A stretch of 52,194 bases of DNA from Clostridia bacterium (GCA_017616855.1 JAFZXI010000064.1:1-52194), one strand, 5' to 3'; counted from the stretch's first letter, positions 16,396 through 27,160 are shown. The notes: generated from the letters alone by a model not told the origin. Made by a program: numbers and translations.

Positions 16396-17880
16396 TTATT
16401 TTCTGTAAAGCCGCTTTCCGCGGATGACCGGTTCGCTTGTCAGATTTATTCCGAGCTTTTTGAGCGTCGATTCGTCAACGCTCGCGAGCATGACCGACGT
16501 GTGCATTTCAGCGTGGCGCAGCTTGCTGAGCTGCTTCAAAGCGAGGTCGGCGGTCGGGTTGGTCGCCGCGCTTATCGCAAGGGCGATGAGTATTTCGTCG
16601 GTGTGCAGGCGCGGATTGCTGTTTCCGAGATCGACGGTCTTGAGCTTCTGTATCGGCTCGATGATGATCGGGGAAATAAGAAGAATATCGTGGTGGATAC
16701 CGCCGAGAATTTTGAGCGAGTTGAGCAGCGCGGCAGCCGCAGCTCCGAGCAGGGAGGAGGTCTTGCCGGTAACTATCCTGCCGTCCTCGAGTTGTATCGC
16801 TGCGGCGGGGGCGCCGGTTTCCTTTTCGCGTTCGAGCGCGGCTCCGACGACCGGTCGGCAGCTTTCGTCGACGCCGGCCTGTTTCATGAGCATTTCGTTT
16901 TTGTAGACGGCTTCGTTGCCGACCTTGCCGTTTTTGCAGGCGCAGACGGTGTTGTAGTAGCGGCGTATAATCTCCTGCTTCGACGCTTCGCAGACGACGT
17001 CGTCGTCGATGATGCAGTTGCCCGCCATGTTGACGCCCATATCCGTAGGCGATTTATACGGGCATTCGCCGGTGATTTGCTCGAAAAGCACCTTCAGCAC
17101 CGGGAAAATCTCGACGTCGCGGTTGTAGTTGACCGCGGTCGTGCCGTAAGCTTCGAGGTGGAAGGGGTCGATCATATTGACGTCGTTAAGGTCTGACGTC
17201 GCGGCTTCGTAAGCGAGGTTGACCGGGTGTTTGAGCGGCAGGTTCCAGATGGGGAAGGTCTCGAACTTCGCGTAACCGGATTTTATTCCGCGCTTGCTGT
17301 CGTGATAAAGCTGCGAAAGGCAGGTCGCCATTTTTCCGCTTCCGGGACCGGGGGCGGTCACAACGACGAGCGGGCGGGTGGTTTCGATGTATTCGTTCTT
17401 GCCGTAGCCGTCGTCGCTGACGATGAGCGGAATATTGGAGGGGTAACCGTCTATTTTGTAGTGGCGGTAGACCTTCAGCCCGAGGTTTTCGAGTCGCTCT
17501 TTGAAGAGACGGCAGGCGGGCTGGTCGCTGTATTTGGAGATAACGACGCTGCTGACGTACAGTCCGCAGTCGCGGAAGGCGTCGATAAGGCGCAGAACGT
17601 CGGTGTCGTAGGTGATTCCGAGATCGCCGCGGATCTTGCTGTTTTCAATGTCGGATGAGTTGATGACGATGACGACTTCGGCCTTGTCCGCAACCTTCAG
17701 TAGCATGCGGATCTTCGAGTCGGGCTCAAAGCCGGGGAGAACGCGGGAAGCGTGCAGATCGTCGAACAGCTTGCCGCCGAATTCAAGGTAAAGCTTGCCG
17801 CCGAACTGTTCGATGCGCTTCTCTATGTTTTCCGATTGCATCGCGATATACTTTGCGTTATCAAATCCGACTTTGAACAT
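16396..17880 (-). CDS. DUF1846 (UPF0371) family protein
   Basis: KLYLEFGGKLFDDLHASRVLPGF, TAPGPGSGKMATCLSQLYH, YAKFETFP, NYNRD. Confidence 0.9.
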   Translation of the reverse strand: MFKVGFDNAKYIAMQSENIEKRIEQFGGKLYLEFGGKLFDDLHASRVLPGFEPDSKIRMLLKVADKAEVVIVINSSDIENSKIRGDLGITYDTDVLRLIDAFRDCGLYVSSVVISKYSDQPACRLFKERLENLGLKVYRHYKIDGYPSNIPLIVSDDGYGKNEYIETTRPLVVVTAPGPGSGKMATCLSQLYHDSKRGIKSGYAKFETFPIWNLPLKHPVNLAYEAATSDLNDVNMIDPFHLEAYGTTAVNYNRDVEIFPVLKVLFEQITGECPYKSPTDMGVNMAGNCIIDDDVVCEASKQEIIRRYYNTVCACKNGKVGNEAVYKNEMLMKQAGVDESCRPVVGAALEREKETGAPAAAIQLEDGRIVTGKTSSLLGAAAAALLNSLKILGGIHHDILLISPIIIEPIQKLKTVDLGNSNPRLHTDEILIALAISAATNPTADLALKQLSKLRHAEMHTSVMLASVDESTLKKLGINLTSEPVIRGKRLYRK

Positions 17881-18046
17881 TTTTCTCGACCTCCGACATA
17901 TTTTTACAAATTCGAATTTATTATATTACAATTCGCCGGAAGTTTCAATCTATTTTTGAAAAATAAACGGATAAAACTTGATATATTTTGTTGTTGATGG
18001 TAAAATTATATTGCGGTCAGAGAAAACCCGCTTGGAGGAAATGATA

Positions 18047-18436
18047 ATGGACGGCAGAGAATTGATAGCGCTCGCCAAAGAAGCGAGAAAAAACGCATAT
18101 ATCCCGTATTCCGGCTTCTCCGTCGGAGCGGCGCTGCTTGCTAAAAGCGGCAGGGTGTATACCGGTTGCAACATAGAAAGCGCGACCTTTTCGCCGACGA
18201 TTTGCGCGGAACGTACCGCTTTCGCGAAAGCGATAAGCGAAGGCGAACGCGAATTCGAGGCGATCGCCATCGTCGGAGGCAGCGACCGCGACGACGAAAT
18301 CTGCTATCCGTGCGGAGTTTGCCGGCAGGTGATGAGCGAGTTTTGCTCCGGCGATTTCAAACTTTACTTTGCGGACGGCGAAGAAGTTAAAGAGTATTCG
18401 TTTGATGAAATGATGCCTTACAGGTTTTACCTGTGA
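18047..18436 (+). CDS. cdd: Cytidine deaminase (homotetrameric type)
   Basis: AYIPYSGFSVGAA, GCNIE, CAERTA, PCGVCRQ; GGAGG RBS (start 18041 or 18047). Confidence 0.92.
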   Translation: MDGRELIALAKEARKNAYIPYSGFSVGAALLAKSGRVYTGCNIESATFSPTICAERTAFAKAISEGEREFEAIAIVGGSDRDDEICYPCGVCRQVMSEFCSGDFKLYFADGEEVKEYSFDEMMPYRFYL

Positions 18437-18446
18437 GGCATCTCTT

Positions 18447-20477
18447 TTATTTGAGTTTTATGCAAACGGCGGTTATATCGTCGCTTCCGGAGGAGCCGTA
18501 GCTTTCGCGGGCTGCGCGTACGATCTTTTCGCATACCGCGTTCGGCTTCATGTCATAAAACAACGTGTTTTCGAGCCATTCGTCGCCGTTGTTTACCGCG
18601 CCGTCGGAAAGCATGAGAAGTAGATCGCCGCGTTTCAGTTTTGCGCTTATCTCATCTATGCGCGTTTCGTTCAGTATTCCCACCGGAAGAGTGGGGGAGT
18701 ATAGCCGTCTCACGCGGCTTTCGGACACAATATAGCTCGCCGGAGCGCCTGCTTTCGCTATTGTGAAGGCGCCCGTTTCCGTATCGAGTCTGCAAATATC
18801 GGCGGTGGCGAAGGATTCGTCGCCGCCTTTAATTTTCAGCGCCGCGTTCGCGAGCTTGAGCGCTGTGGAAAATGAGAGCCCGTTGAGCAGGAAGCGTTTG
18901 AGCAGTCCGCAGGTCATGCCGCTGTCTATCGAGGCAAGTTTGCCGGAGCCCATTCCGTCGCTGATAATCACGTTAAGATATTTCCCGCGCGTGAAGTATT
19001 CGCAGTTGTCGCCGGAATTGCTCTCGCGTTCGTTCTTATATTCCGCGAAGCCGATATCGATTCGTTCCGATGCGTCGAACGCCTCGCCGAACGCCTCCGG
19101 TTCAGCGGCGATTTCCGTTGATACGTCTTCCAACGCCTCCGATACAATGGAATATGAATCGGTTGACAATTCTCTCAAATCGCTGTTTTCCGAGTTTACC
19201 GCGGGTGATGACAGCATATATGCTTTTATCATGCTTTCCATGTCGCCGATATGGGCGCATCTGGGCAGGAGTGCAGAGTTTGCGTGTCCCGAAATTATGC
19301 CTTGAGCGTAGTTGTATATCCCTTCGGCTACCTGTTCTCGCTTTACGCCGGTGCAGAACTTTGTCAGTTCGCACCCGGAGCATAGTCCGTCGTGCACGTG
19401 AGAAACGCATCCTTCGGGCGTCGGCGCGAGTTCTTTGCTTACTTCAGCGGAAACGTCGGCGATGCTGTCGCTCAAATAGCGGAAAAGCGACGCGGTTTCC
19501 TTCAGTTTTTCCGCCGCTTCCGCGCGCGGAGCCGTATCCGGCAGCGGCAGAAACGAAGTTTTACTTAATAAACATTGAGGAGTAATAATGAAAATCAGCG
19601 CGGCAAACAGCACCGCCGCCATTTCCGAAAGCAGTTCAGTGATAGGCGTGAAGATCAGGTTTGTGCAAAACCGTATCGCTATGAAGCAGGCGGCGCAGGG
19701 GAGTTTTCCCGCGCGGAAGAGCATGCGTGAGCACGTTACGCTGAGCGGCAGGATAAAGAAATACTCCGGGCGCAGCGCGCCGAGCGCCCACGCCGCCCCG
19801 AAATACGCGCTCGAAAAGAACGCTTCCGTGCCGTTCAGCTTTGCGGCAAATATCAGCGCGAAAGCGGAAGCGGCGACGCCGAGCGCGCTGACTCCGAACG
19901 GCTGCAGCGAGTTTGCGGAAAGCAGTAAGGGAAGTGCCGCGGCTGCCAGAGAAGCGAGTGTTGCGGGTTTTTGCCTGAATACGCTTTTGCCGTAATTCGC
20001 TATCGCTGTTTTGAAGACGAACGCGCCCCCGGCCGCGACCGCGGATATTCCTATCCACGCAAAGCTGCCGGCAATGTTTTTTGAGCTTAATTCGCCGCAG
20101 AGGAGTCCGGTTACCGTCAGCGCGATGAAAACCGCTAACGGCGCGATATACGCGTCGGATAGGGTTTTGCCCTTGCCTTTGAAAATCAAACGGAACAGAA
20201 TCATTGCGGTCATAGCGGATACCGGCGCCGCGGAGCCGTAGAAAGAAAAGCTCATATATGAAAAGAATCCGCCTAAATAGCATAGCGGCAGCCAACTCCG
20301 CGGTATCACCGCAATTGCCGCGACTGCAAACGGAGAAGCGCCGATTGCTTTTATCGGCAGCGCGGAAAGGAATCCGAACAGTGCGGCGGCGGTGCCTTTA
20401 ACGATTCCGAGTGAGATGAATCTTTCATAATTGAGTTTAAGAGCAGACCGTTTTCTTTTTGTCAAAGTGTTATCCAT
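18447..20477 (-). CDS. spoIIE: Stage II sporulation protein E-like membrane PP2C phosphatase
   Basis: Multi-TM N-terminus, CxxCx5C cluster, SGDN, ISDGMGSG, ATADI, KAGA, SDG, DDIT; AAGGAGG RBS; spoIIE-type promoter. Confidence 0.8.
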   Translation of the reverse strand: MDNTLTKRKRSALKLNYERFISLGIVKGTAAALFGFLSALPIKAIGASPFAVAAIAVIPRSWLPLCYLGGFFSYMSFSFYGSAAPVSAMTAMILFRLIFKGKGKTLSDAYIAPLAVFIALTVTGLLCGELSSKNIAGSFAWIGISAVAAGGAFVFKTAIANYGKSVFRQKPATLASLAAAALPLLLSANSLQPFGVSALGVAASAFALIFAAKLNGTEAFFSSAYFGAAWALGALRPEYFFILPLSVTCSRMLFRAGKLPCAACFIAIRFCTNLIFTPITELLSEMAAVLFAALIFIITPQCLLSKTSFLPLPDTAPRAEAAEKLKETASLFRYLSDSIADVSAEVSKELAPTPEGCVSHVHDGLCSGCELTKFCTGVKREQVAEGIYNYAQGIISGHANSALLPRCAHIGDMESMIKAYMLSSPAVNSENSDLRELSTDSYSIVSEALEDVSTEIAAEPEAFGEAFDASERIDIGFAEYKNERESNSGDNCEYFTRGKYLNVIISDGMGSGKLASIDSGMTCGLLKRFLLNGLSFSTALKLANAALKIKGGDESFATADICRLDTETGAFTIAKAGAPASYIVSESRVRRLYSPTLPVGILNETRIDEISAKLKRGDLLLMLSDGAVNNGDEWLENTLFYDMKPNAVCEKIVRAARESYGSSGSDDITAVCIKLK

Positions 20478-20503
20478 TTTTGCCTCCTTCCGCAACAAAA
20501 ATA

Positions 20504-20537
20504 AGTATACTGCTTGTCCGGGAGGCGATTTGTCAAA
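20504..20537 (-). promoter_or_regulatory. Spo0A-dependent-type SigA promoter with 21-bp spacer
   Basis: Minus strand TTGACA-N21-TATACT; TGTCAAA (6/7 match to 0A box TGNCGAA) overlaps the -35. Confidence 0.6.
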
Positions 20538-20646
20538 AAATGTGATAAAAAACCGACAAAATCTTTCTTATGTACTTTATTTATACCATATTTTGTGGTA
20601 TTATATTCTCATACTTACAAAATCGACGGAAAAGGTAGGTGCTTTT

Positions 20647-22002
20647 ATGGAGTGGGTAACGCTTATTGCCGCTTGTCTCGCTTGCGTTCTGGCGGCCGCC
20701 GCGCTCATAGTTGTGATTAAAAATAAAAGACAACCCGCGGACGTTGAGGTTAAGCGTGATATCATTGACGAATTGCGCACCACGCGCGGAGAGCTTTCCG
20801 CGCAGGTACAGAACTCGTCGAAGAATAATTTTGAGACGCTGGCGGAGTTGCAGAGAAGCGTCGGGCAGAAGCAGGACGTTCGCATTTCCGAGCTTTCCAC
20901 AAGTCTGATCGAAAGCCAGCGCGCGCTGCGTCAATCGGTCATTGAGGCGATGAACCTGATGAACGATCGCATAAAGGCGTTTTCCGAGCAGAACGAGCAG
21001 AAGCTTGAGAATATCCGCAAATCGACCAACGAGAGCATCAAGCTGATGATAGAGGAAAACAGCAAGAAGCTCGACGAGATGCGCAATACCGTTGACGAGA
21101 AGCTCCAGAAGACTCTTGAGGAACGCCTGCAACGCTCATTCTCGACCGTCAGCGAGCAGCTTGAGAAGGTTTATCAGGGACTCGGCGAGATGAAGACGGT
21201 TGCCGCTGACGTCGGAGATTTGAAGAAAGTGCTTTCGAATGTCAAAACGCGCGGCACGCTCGGCGAATACCAGCTCGGTGCTATACTTGAACAACTGCTT
21301 TCTCCCGAGCAGTACGACGCAAACGTCGCGACGATAAAGGGCAGCAGCGACCGCGTCGAATACGCCATACGCCTTCCCGGCGACGGCGAGGAGTTTGTCT
21401 ATCTGCCGATAGACGCGAAGTTCCCGGCTGACGCGTATCAGCAGCTCCTTGACGCGAGAGACAAGGGCGACGTCGAAGCGGCAGACGCGGCGGGAAAACT
21501 GCTCGAAACGCGCATCAGAAACAACGCCAAAGACATCAAGAGCAAATACGTTTCGCCTCCGGACACTACGGACTTCGGTATTCTTTTCCTGCCGTTCGAG
21601 GGGCTCTACGCCGAGGTCGTCCAGCGCGGACTTGTTGAGGTCCTTCAGCGCGAAAGCAAAATTATGATTGCCGGTCCTACGACGATGGCGGCGCTGCTGA
21701 ACAGCTTGCAGATGGGCTTCAGGACCCTCGCTATCAAGAAACATACTTCCGAGGTCTGGAACGCCCTCGCGGCGGTCAAGAGTGAATTCGAGAAGTTCGG
21801 CACGGTGCTGAAGAAGACTCAGGAGCGTCTGGACCAGGCGAGAGGGGAACTCGAAAACCTCGTCGGAACGCGCACGAGGAAGATTCAGCTGCGGCTTGAC
21901 GCCATGACAAAGCTCGGCACGAAGGACGACGCTATCGACTTTGAGCGCGCGGTTGCTATGATTGAAGGCGAGGATTCCGCTTCAACTGATAATAATTTGT
22001 AA
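20647..22002 (+). CDS. rmuC: DNA recombination protein RmuC
   Basis: N-terminal TM, coiled coil, NVKTRGTLGE, LPIDAKFP, FLPFEGLYAE, GPTT; start moved to ATG 20647. Confidence 0.92.
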   Translation: MEWVTLIAACLACVLAAAALIVVIKNKRQPADVEVKRDIIDELRTTRGELSAQVQNSSKNNFETLAELQRSVGQKQDVRISELSTSLIESQRALRQSVIEAMNLMNDRIKAFSEQNEQKLENIRKSTNESIKLMIEENSKKLDEMRNTVDEKLQKTLEERLQRSFSTVSEQLEKVYQGLGEMKTVAADVGDLKKVLSNVKTRGTLGEYQLGAILEQLLSPEQYDANVATIKGSSDRVEYAIRLPGDGEEFVYLPIDAKFPADAYQQLLDARDKGDVEAADAAGKLLETRIRNNAKDIKSKYVSPPDTTDFGILFLPFEGLYAEVVQRGLVEVLQRESKIMIAGPTTMAALLNSLQMGFRTLAIKKHTSEVWNALAAVKSEFEKFGTVLKKTQERLDQARGELENLVGTRTRKIQLRLDAMTKLGTKDDAIDFERAVAMIEGEDSASTDNNL

Positions 22003-22082
22003 TATTTGGATTTTTTCACTTTACAACACACCGTATTATGTAGTAAAATATACGTAATAAATGAGTAAAGAAGGGTTGCCTG

Positions 22083-22790
22083 ATGAAAGATACCTATAAA
22101 CGGGTTTTGGTCAAAATCAGCGGCGAGGCCCTCGCCGGCAGCAACGGACACGGCCTTGATTACGAAACGCTTAAGCGTATCTCCGTGAGCTTAAAAAAAG
22201 TTTACGAGCTCGGCGTTGAAATCGGTATTGTTGTCGGCGGAGGAAACTTCTGGCGCGGAAGACAGCATGAGAGCATGGACCGCACGACCGCGGATCATAT
22301 CGGAATGCTTGCCACGACGATGAACGCGCTCGCGCTTGCGGACGCGATACAGGAGCAGGGAGTACCCACCCGCGTTATGACGGCGATTGAAATGCGTTCG
22401 ATAGCCGAGCCGTATATCCGCGGCAGAGCCGTCAGACATTTCGAGAAAAACCGCATCATCGTCTTCGGCGCCGGCACGGGCAATCCGTTCTTCTCAACCG
22501 ATACCGCCGCGGCGCTTCGCGCGGCTGAGATTGAGGCGGACGTCATAATGAAGGCGACGAACGTCGACGGCGTTTACGACAAGGACCCTCACAAGTTCCC
22601 GGACGCCGTGAAGTACGATGAATTGACCTATCTCGACGTTATCAACCGTCAGCTCGGCGTTATGGACTACGCCGCGATCTCCCTTTGCATGGAGAACAAG
22701 ATCCCGATACTCGTTTTCAATCTTAACGATCCCGACAACATCTTCAGAGCCGTCACCGGTGAGAAGATAGGAACTACAGTAAAGGAGTAA
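22083..22790 (+). CDS. pyrH: UMP kinase
   Basis: [28 protein letters not shown]. Confidence 0.97.
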   Translation: MKDTYKRVLVKISGEALAGSNGHGLDYETLKRISVSLKKVYELGVEIGIVVGGGNFWRGRQHESMDRTTADHIGMLATTMNALALADAIQEQGVPTRVMTAIEMRSIAEPYIRGRAVRHFEKNRIIVFGAGTGNPFFSTDTAAALRAAEIEADVIMKATNVDGVYDKDPHKFPDAVKYDELTYLDVINRQLGVMDYAAISLCMENKIPILVFNLNDPDNIFRAVTGEKIGTTVKE

Positions 22791-23350
22791 TGGCAATGAA
22801 AGGCAATTATCCCGAAATCGAAGAAAAAATGCAGAAAACCGTAAATGCGCTTGAGGCGGAGTTTGCTACAATCCGCGCGGGCAGAGCAAATCCCACGATG
22901 CTCGATAAGATCAGAGTGGATTATTACGGAACGCCCACACCCATCAATCAGATGGCTGCGGTTTCCGCTCCGGAGCCGCGCATCCTGCTTATCGCGCCCT
23001 GGGACGCTTCGCAGGTGAAGGCAATCGAAAAAGCGATTCTTACTTCCGAACTGGGCATCAACCCGCAGAATGACGGCAAGACGATTCGCCTTGTCGTTCC
23101 GCCGCTGACGGAAGACCGCCGTAAGGAAATCGCGAAGACGCTCCATAAGTACGCCGAGGAAGCAAAAGTGTCCGTCAGGAACATTCGCCGCGACGCCATT
23201 GAAGATTTCAAAAAGCAGCAGAAGGCGAGCGAGATGACCGAGGACGATTATAAGATTTGCGAGAAGGACATCCAGGAGCTCACCGACAAATACTCCGAAA
23301 AGATCACGAAGATACTCGAAGTTAAAGAAAAAGAGATTTTAGAGGTCTGA
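22790..23350 (+). CDS. frr: Ribosome recycling factor
   Basis: IRAGRANP, VDYYG, PPLTEDRR, VRNIRRDA. Confidence 0.97.
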   Translation: MAMKGNYPEIEEKMQKTVNALEAEFATIRAGRANPTMLDKIRVDYYGTPTPINQMAAVSAPEPRILLIAPWDASQVKAIEKAILTSELGINPQNDGKTIRLVVPPLTEDRRKEIAKTLHKYAEEAKVSVRNIRRDAIEDFKKQQKASEMTEDDYKICEKDIQELTDKYSEKITKILEVKEKEILEV

Positions 23351-23351
23351 T

Positions 23352-24077
23352 TTGAGGAAAAAGCACGAGCTTCCGGCGGTCATACCGGAATCCGTCGGAA
23401 TAATAATGGACGGGAACGGCCGCTGGGCAAAAAAACGCGGTCTGCCGAGAAGCCTCGGACACAGTAAAGGTGCCGGGGTTTTTCGCGATACGGTCTTTAA
23501 TTGCAGGGATTTAGGCGTTAAGTATCTTACTGTTTACGCGTTCTCTACTGAAAACTGGAAGCGTTCCGAAGAGGAGATAGACGCTATTGTAAATATTCTC
23601 CGCGAGTATTTGAAAAAGGCGTTTACCGAGTTTAAGGACGAGAACATATCGGTAAAATTTATCGGCGATATCTCGCCGTTCCCGCAGGACGTTATCAGTG
23701 AGATAAAGCGCCTCGAGGCCGACAATCCCGCGAATCCTGATATGCACCTGAACGTCGCGCTGAATTATGGCGGAAGAGCTGAGCTCGTCCACGCGTTCAA
23801 GCTGATGCTGGCTGACGTTGAAGCAGGGAAGCTTTCCGCCGAAAACGTAAACGAGGAAACGGTTGACAATTACCTGTACACCGCGGGACAACCGGATCCT
23901 GACGTTATAATCAGACCGAGCGGAGAACAGCGTCTTTCAAACTTCATGCTTTGGCAGGCGGCGTATTCGGAGTTCTGGTTCGATAACGTGCTTTGGCCCG
24001 ATTTTTCAAAAAAAGACCTGCTGCGCGCGTTCGCTGATTACGCGAATCGGGACCGCAGATACGGGGGGAGAAAATGA
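23352..24077 (+). CDS. uppS: Undecaprenyl diphosphate synthase
   Basis: IMDGNGRWA, YAFSTENWKR, NYGGR, RPSGEQRLSNF, WPDF. Confidence 0.96.
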   Translation: MRKKHELPAVIPESVGIIMDGNGRWAKKRGLPRSLGHSKGAGVFRDTVFNCRDLGVKYLTVYAFSTENWKRSEEEIDAIVNILREYLKKAFTEFKDENISVKFIGDISPFPQDVISEIKRLEADNPANPDMHLNVALNYGGRAELVHAFKLMLADVEAGKLSAENVNEETVDNYLYTAGQPDPDVIIRPSGEQRLSNFMLWQAAYSEFWFDNVLWPDFSKKDLLRAFADYANRDRRYGGRK

Positions 24078-24934
24078 AGCAGAGAATACTGACGGCTTCC
24101 ATACTTATTATTCTTGCCGCGCCGATACTTATCTGGTCGGATACCATAGTGCTCAATATCGCAATATCGCTTATTTCCGCAGTCGGCATATATGAACTGC
24201 TTGCCGCGACGAAATACATTCAGAATCACACTTTGACGGTTGTCAGCATTATATACGCCGCCGCGGTGCCGTTTCTGTTTTTGCTGCCGAGCGAAAGCCG
24301 TCACGGCGTATTTATCGGAGTCATTTTTGTTTTCGTCGTCGTGCTCTTTATGCTGCTGATGTTCAAGAATAAGAAATACCGCCTTGAACATATTTCCGTC
24401 GCGTTTTTGATGACGAATATAATACCGATGTTTCTTTCGTCGCTCTACGTTCTGCGCAAAATGCCCGAAACGATGGTCGTTGATGCGCGCATGGACTTTG
24501 TCTTTATGCTGCTGCCGATTGTTTGCGTGATAATAACGGATACGTTTGCGCTGTTTACCGGCATGCTTATCGGAAAGCACAAGCTTGCGCCGGCGGTAAG
24601 CCCGAAGAAGACCGTTGAAGGCGCAATCGGCGGCGCTGTATTCGGCGTGTTGGTATTCGTGGCGGCGGCGATTATCTCAGAAAAGGTAATCGGTGTGGAC
24701 GTTAACCTTCCGCTGTTTGCCGCGGCCGGACTCCTCACGAGCGTTATCGGGCAGTTCGGCGATTTGTTTATGTCGGTTATCAAGCGCCACTGTGATTTGA
24801 AAGACTTCGGGAATCTGATGCCAGGACACGGCGGCATACTTGACAGATTCGACAGTCTGATTTTTGCGGCGCCGACCTTCCTGCTGTTCGTTTACGGTAT
24901 GGATTATATCGGCGTTCATATGATAATTCATTGA
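24074..24934 (+). CDS. cdsA: Phosphatidate cytidylyltransferase
   Basis: SPKKTVEG, GDL..S.IKR...KDFG..PGHGGILDRFDS. Confidence 0.95.
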   Translation: MKQRILTASILIILAAPILIWSDTIVLNIAISLISAVGIYELLAATKYIQNHTLTVVSIIYAAAVPFLFLLPSESRHGVFIGVIFVFVVVLFMLLMFKNKKYRLEHISVAFLMTNIIPMFLSSLYVLRKMPETMVVDARMDFVFMLLPIVCVIITDTFALFTGMLIGKHKLAPAVSPKKTVEGAIGGAVFGVLVFVAAAIISEKVIGVDVNLPLFAAAGLLTSVIGQFGDLFMSVIKRHCDLKDFGNLMPGHGGILDRFDSLIFAAPTFLLFVYGMDYIGVHMIIH

Positions 24935-24948
24935 CCGGAGCATAGAAT

Positions 24949-26106
24949 ATGATTGAATCATCAGTTGCGCTGCTCGGTTCGACAGGTTCTATCGGAACAC
25001 AGACAGTTGACGTGATACGCTCTCTGGGAATGCGTATCACGCTTTTGTCGGCCAGAAACAGCGTTGACACAATCGAAAAACAAATCAGAGAGTTTTCTCC
25101 CGCCGCGGCGGTAATGACAGACCCGTCAGCTGCGGAGGAGCTGAAAATACGCGTCGCCGATACGAAAACGAAGGTTTACGGCGGCGAAGACGCGCTTTCC
25201 GCTTGCGTCGCGGAGTGCGGCGCCGAAACCGTTGTAAACGCTGTCGTCGGCTTTGCCGGCTTAAAGCCGACCGTTGCCGCGATAGAATCGGGGAAGCGCA
25301 TCGCGCTCGCTAATAAGGAGACGCTTGTCGCCGGCGGCGAGCTCGTCACTTCGCTCGCTAAAAAGCACGGCGTCAAGATATTCCCGATTGACAGCGAGCA
25401 CAGCGCGATATTCCAGTGCCTGCTTGCTTCCTCGAAACCTGCGGACGAGGTTGAGAAGATAATCCTCACCGGTTCCGGCGGGCCGTTCAGGGGCAAAAAA
25501 TGGTTCGATCTCCGGAGCGTTACGCCGGAGCAGGCGGTCAAGCACCCGACCTGGAACATGGGGCAGAAAATATCCGTCGACTCCGCGACTCTGATGAATA
25601 AAGGGCTTGAGGTTATCGAGGCGGTTCGCCTGTTCGGCGTTTCTCCCGACAAGATAGAAGTCGTGATACACAAGGAAAGCGTGATTCATTCGCTCGTTCG
25701 TTTCCGCGACGGAGCAGTAATCGCGCAGATGTCGTATCCGGATATGCGCCTGCCGATCAGCTACGCGCTGACTTATCCGGGCCGCGTATATCCCGCTGCC
25801 GAGCCGCTTGATCTCGCTTCACTCGGAACGCTCGACTTCGAGGAGCCGGACACCGAAACCTTCAAATGCCTCGATTATGCCTATACGGCGCTTGAAATGG
25901 GCGGTAACGCGACTGCTGCGCTGAACGGCGCCAATGAAGTCGCGGTTGAACGCTTTTTGAAACGCGAGATCGGTTTCTGCGACATACCGCGCTGCGTCGA
26001 AACCGCGCTGCTCGGTTTTGCTCCGACGGATAACGACCTCGACGGCATTATCGACGCCGACCTGCAGGGCAGAAGAATAGCTGCTGCAGTCAAGAAATCA
26101 TGGTGA
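24949..26106 (+). CDS. dxr: 1-deoxy-D-xylulose-5-phosphate reductoisomerase
   Basis: LGSTGSIG, LANKE, PIDSEH, SGGPF, HPTWNMG, NKGLE. Confidence 0.97.
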   Translation: MIESSVALLGSTGSIGTQTVDVIRSLGMRITLLSARNSVDTIEKQIREFSPAAAVMTDPSAAEELKIRVADTKTKVYGGEDALSACVAECGAETVVNAVVGFAGLKPTVAAIESGKRIALANKETLVAGGELVTSLAKKHGVKIFPIDSEHSAIFQCLLASSKPADEVEKIILTGSGGPFRGKKWFDLRSVTPEQAVKHPTWNMGQKISVDSATLMNKGLEVIEAVRLFGVSPDKIEVVIHKESVIHSLVRFRDGAVIAQMSYPDMRLPISYALTYPGRVYPAAEPLDLASLGTLDFEEPDTETFKCLDYAYTALEMGGNATAALNGANEVAVERFLKREIGFCDIPRCVETALLGFAPTDNDLDGIIDADLQGRRIAAAVKKSW

Positions 26107-26110
26107 GTAA

Positions 26111-27160
26111 ATGAACATTTTCCTCGGCATCTTAATATCCGTGCTTGCGTTTGCGCTGATGATTTTCATTCACGAGTTCGGCCATTTCATTACGGCAAAG
26201 CTCTTCAAGGTGAAGGTCAATAAGTTCGCGCTCGGAATGGGGCCGGCGCTTTTCAAGTTCGGCAAGGGTGAAACTGAGTATTCGCTCCGCGCTTTCCCGA
26301 TAGGCGGCTATTGCGCTATGGAGGGCGAGGACGGCGAAAGCGAGGAGCCGCGTGCCTTCGTTAACCAGAAGCCGTGGAAGCGCCTGATTATCCTTGTCGC
26401 AGGCGCGGCGATGAATATCCTGCTCGGATTGATTATAATGTCGATTCTCGTGTGCCAGATGCCGCTTCTCGGCACCAGGTATATAGCGAACGTTCCCGAC
26501 GCTAACGAAGGTATTGCGGAAATGCTTCAGGTCGGGGATGAAATACTCGAAGTCAACGGAAAGAACGTATATATAACAAGCGACGTTGATTATATAATCG
26601 CGCTTGATAACGACGGTAAAGCCGATTTTCTTGTCAGACGCGACGGAGAGGAAATAGAGCTTAAGGACGTTCAGCTGTCACTGTATACCGATGAGGACTC
26701 CGGTTCTTCCGGCACTTACATCGATTACGGCGAGGAAGGGTATCAGTTCCTCGGCAAAGAGAAAACGTTTTTCGGAGTGATTGGTTATAGTATATCCGAA
26801 ACAATATCGACCGTCCGTCTTGTTCTTTATTCATTTGCGAGTCTGATTACGGGGAAAATCCCGATTAAGTCGATAGGCGGGCCGGTCGCGGTAACAACGA
26901 CTATTGTCAAAAACGTAACAAGCGGCTGGAAACCTATATTGAAACTGATCGGCATGATAAGCATCAACCTCGGCGTATTCAATTTGTTCCCGCTGCCCGC
27001 GCTTGACGGCGGACGGATACTGTTCGCACTGATTGAAATGATAATTCGCAGGCCGGTCAGCCGCAAGGTTGAAGGAATTATTCACACAGTCGGCTTTATT
27101 TTACTGCTCGGTTTGATGGCGCTGATATTCTTCAAGGATATCCTGTCGTTGTTTATTTGA
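26111..27160 (+). CDS. rseP: RIP metalloprotease RseP (M50, with PDZ domain)
   Basis: HEFGH, PIGGYC, NLFPLPALDGG. Confidence 0.93.
   Translation: MNIFLGILISVLAFALMIFIHEFGHFITAKLFKVKVNKFALGMGPALFKFGKGETEYSLRAFPIGGYCAMEGEDGESEEPRAFVNQKPWKRLIILVAGAAMNILLGLIIMSILVCQMPLLGTRYIANVPDANEGIAEMLQVGDEILEVNGKNVYITSDVDYIIALDNDGKADFLVRRDGEEIELKDVQLSLYTDEDSGSSGTYIDYGEEGYQFLGKEKTFFGVIGYSISETISTVRLVLYSFASLITGKIPIKSIGGPVAVTTTIVKNVTSGWKPILKLIGMISINLGVFNLFPLPALDGGRILFALIEMIIRRPVSRKVEGIIHTVGFILLLGLMALIFFKDILSLFI

Noticed and set aside
20431-20646. N-terminal extension of RmuC
   Set aside because: Runs through the divergent promoter region and the spoIIE start; the TM anchor begins at 20647
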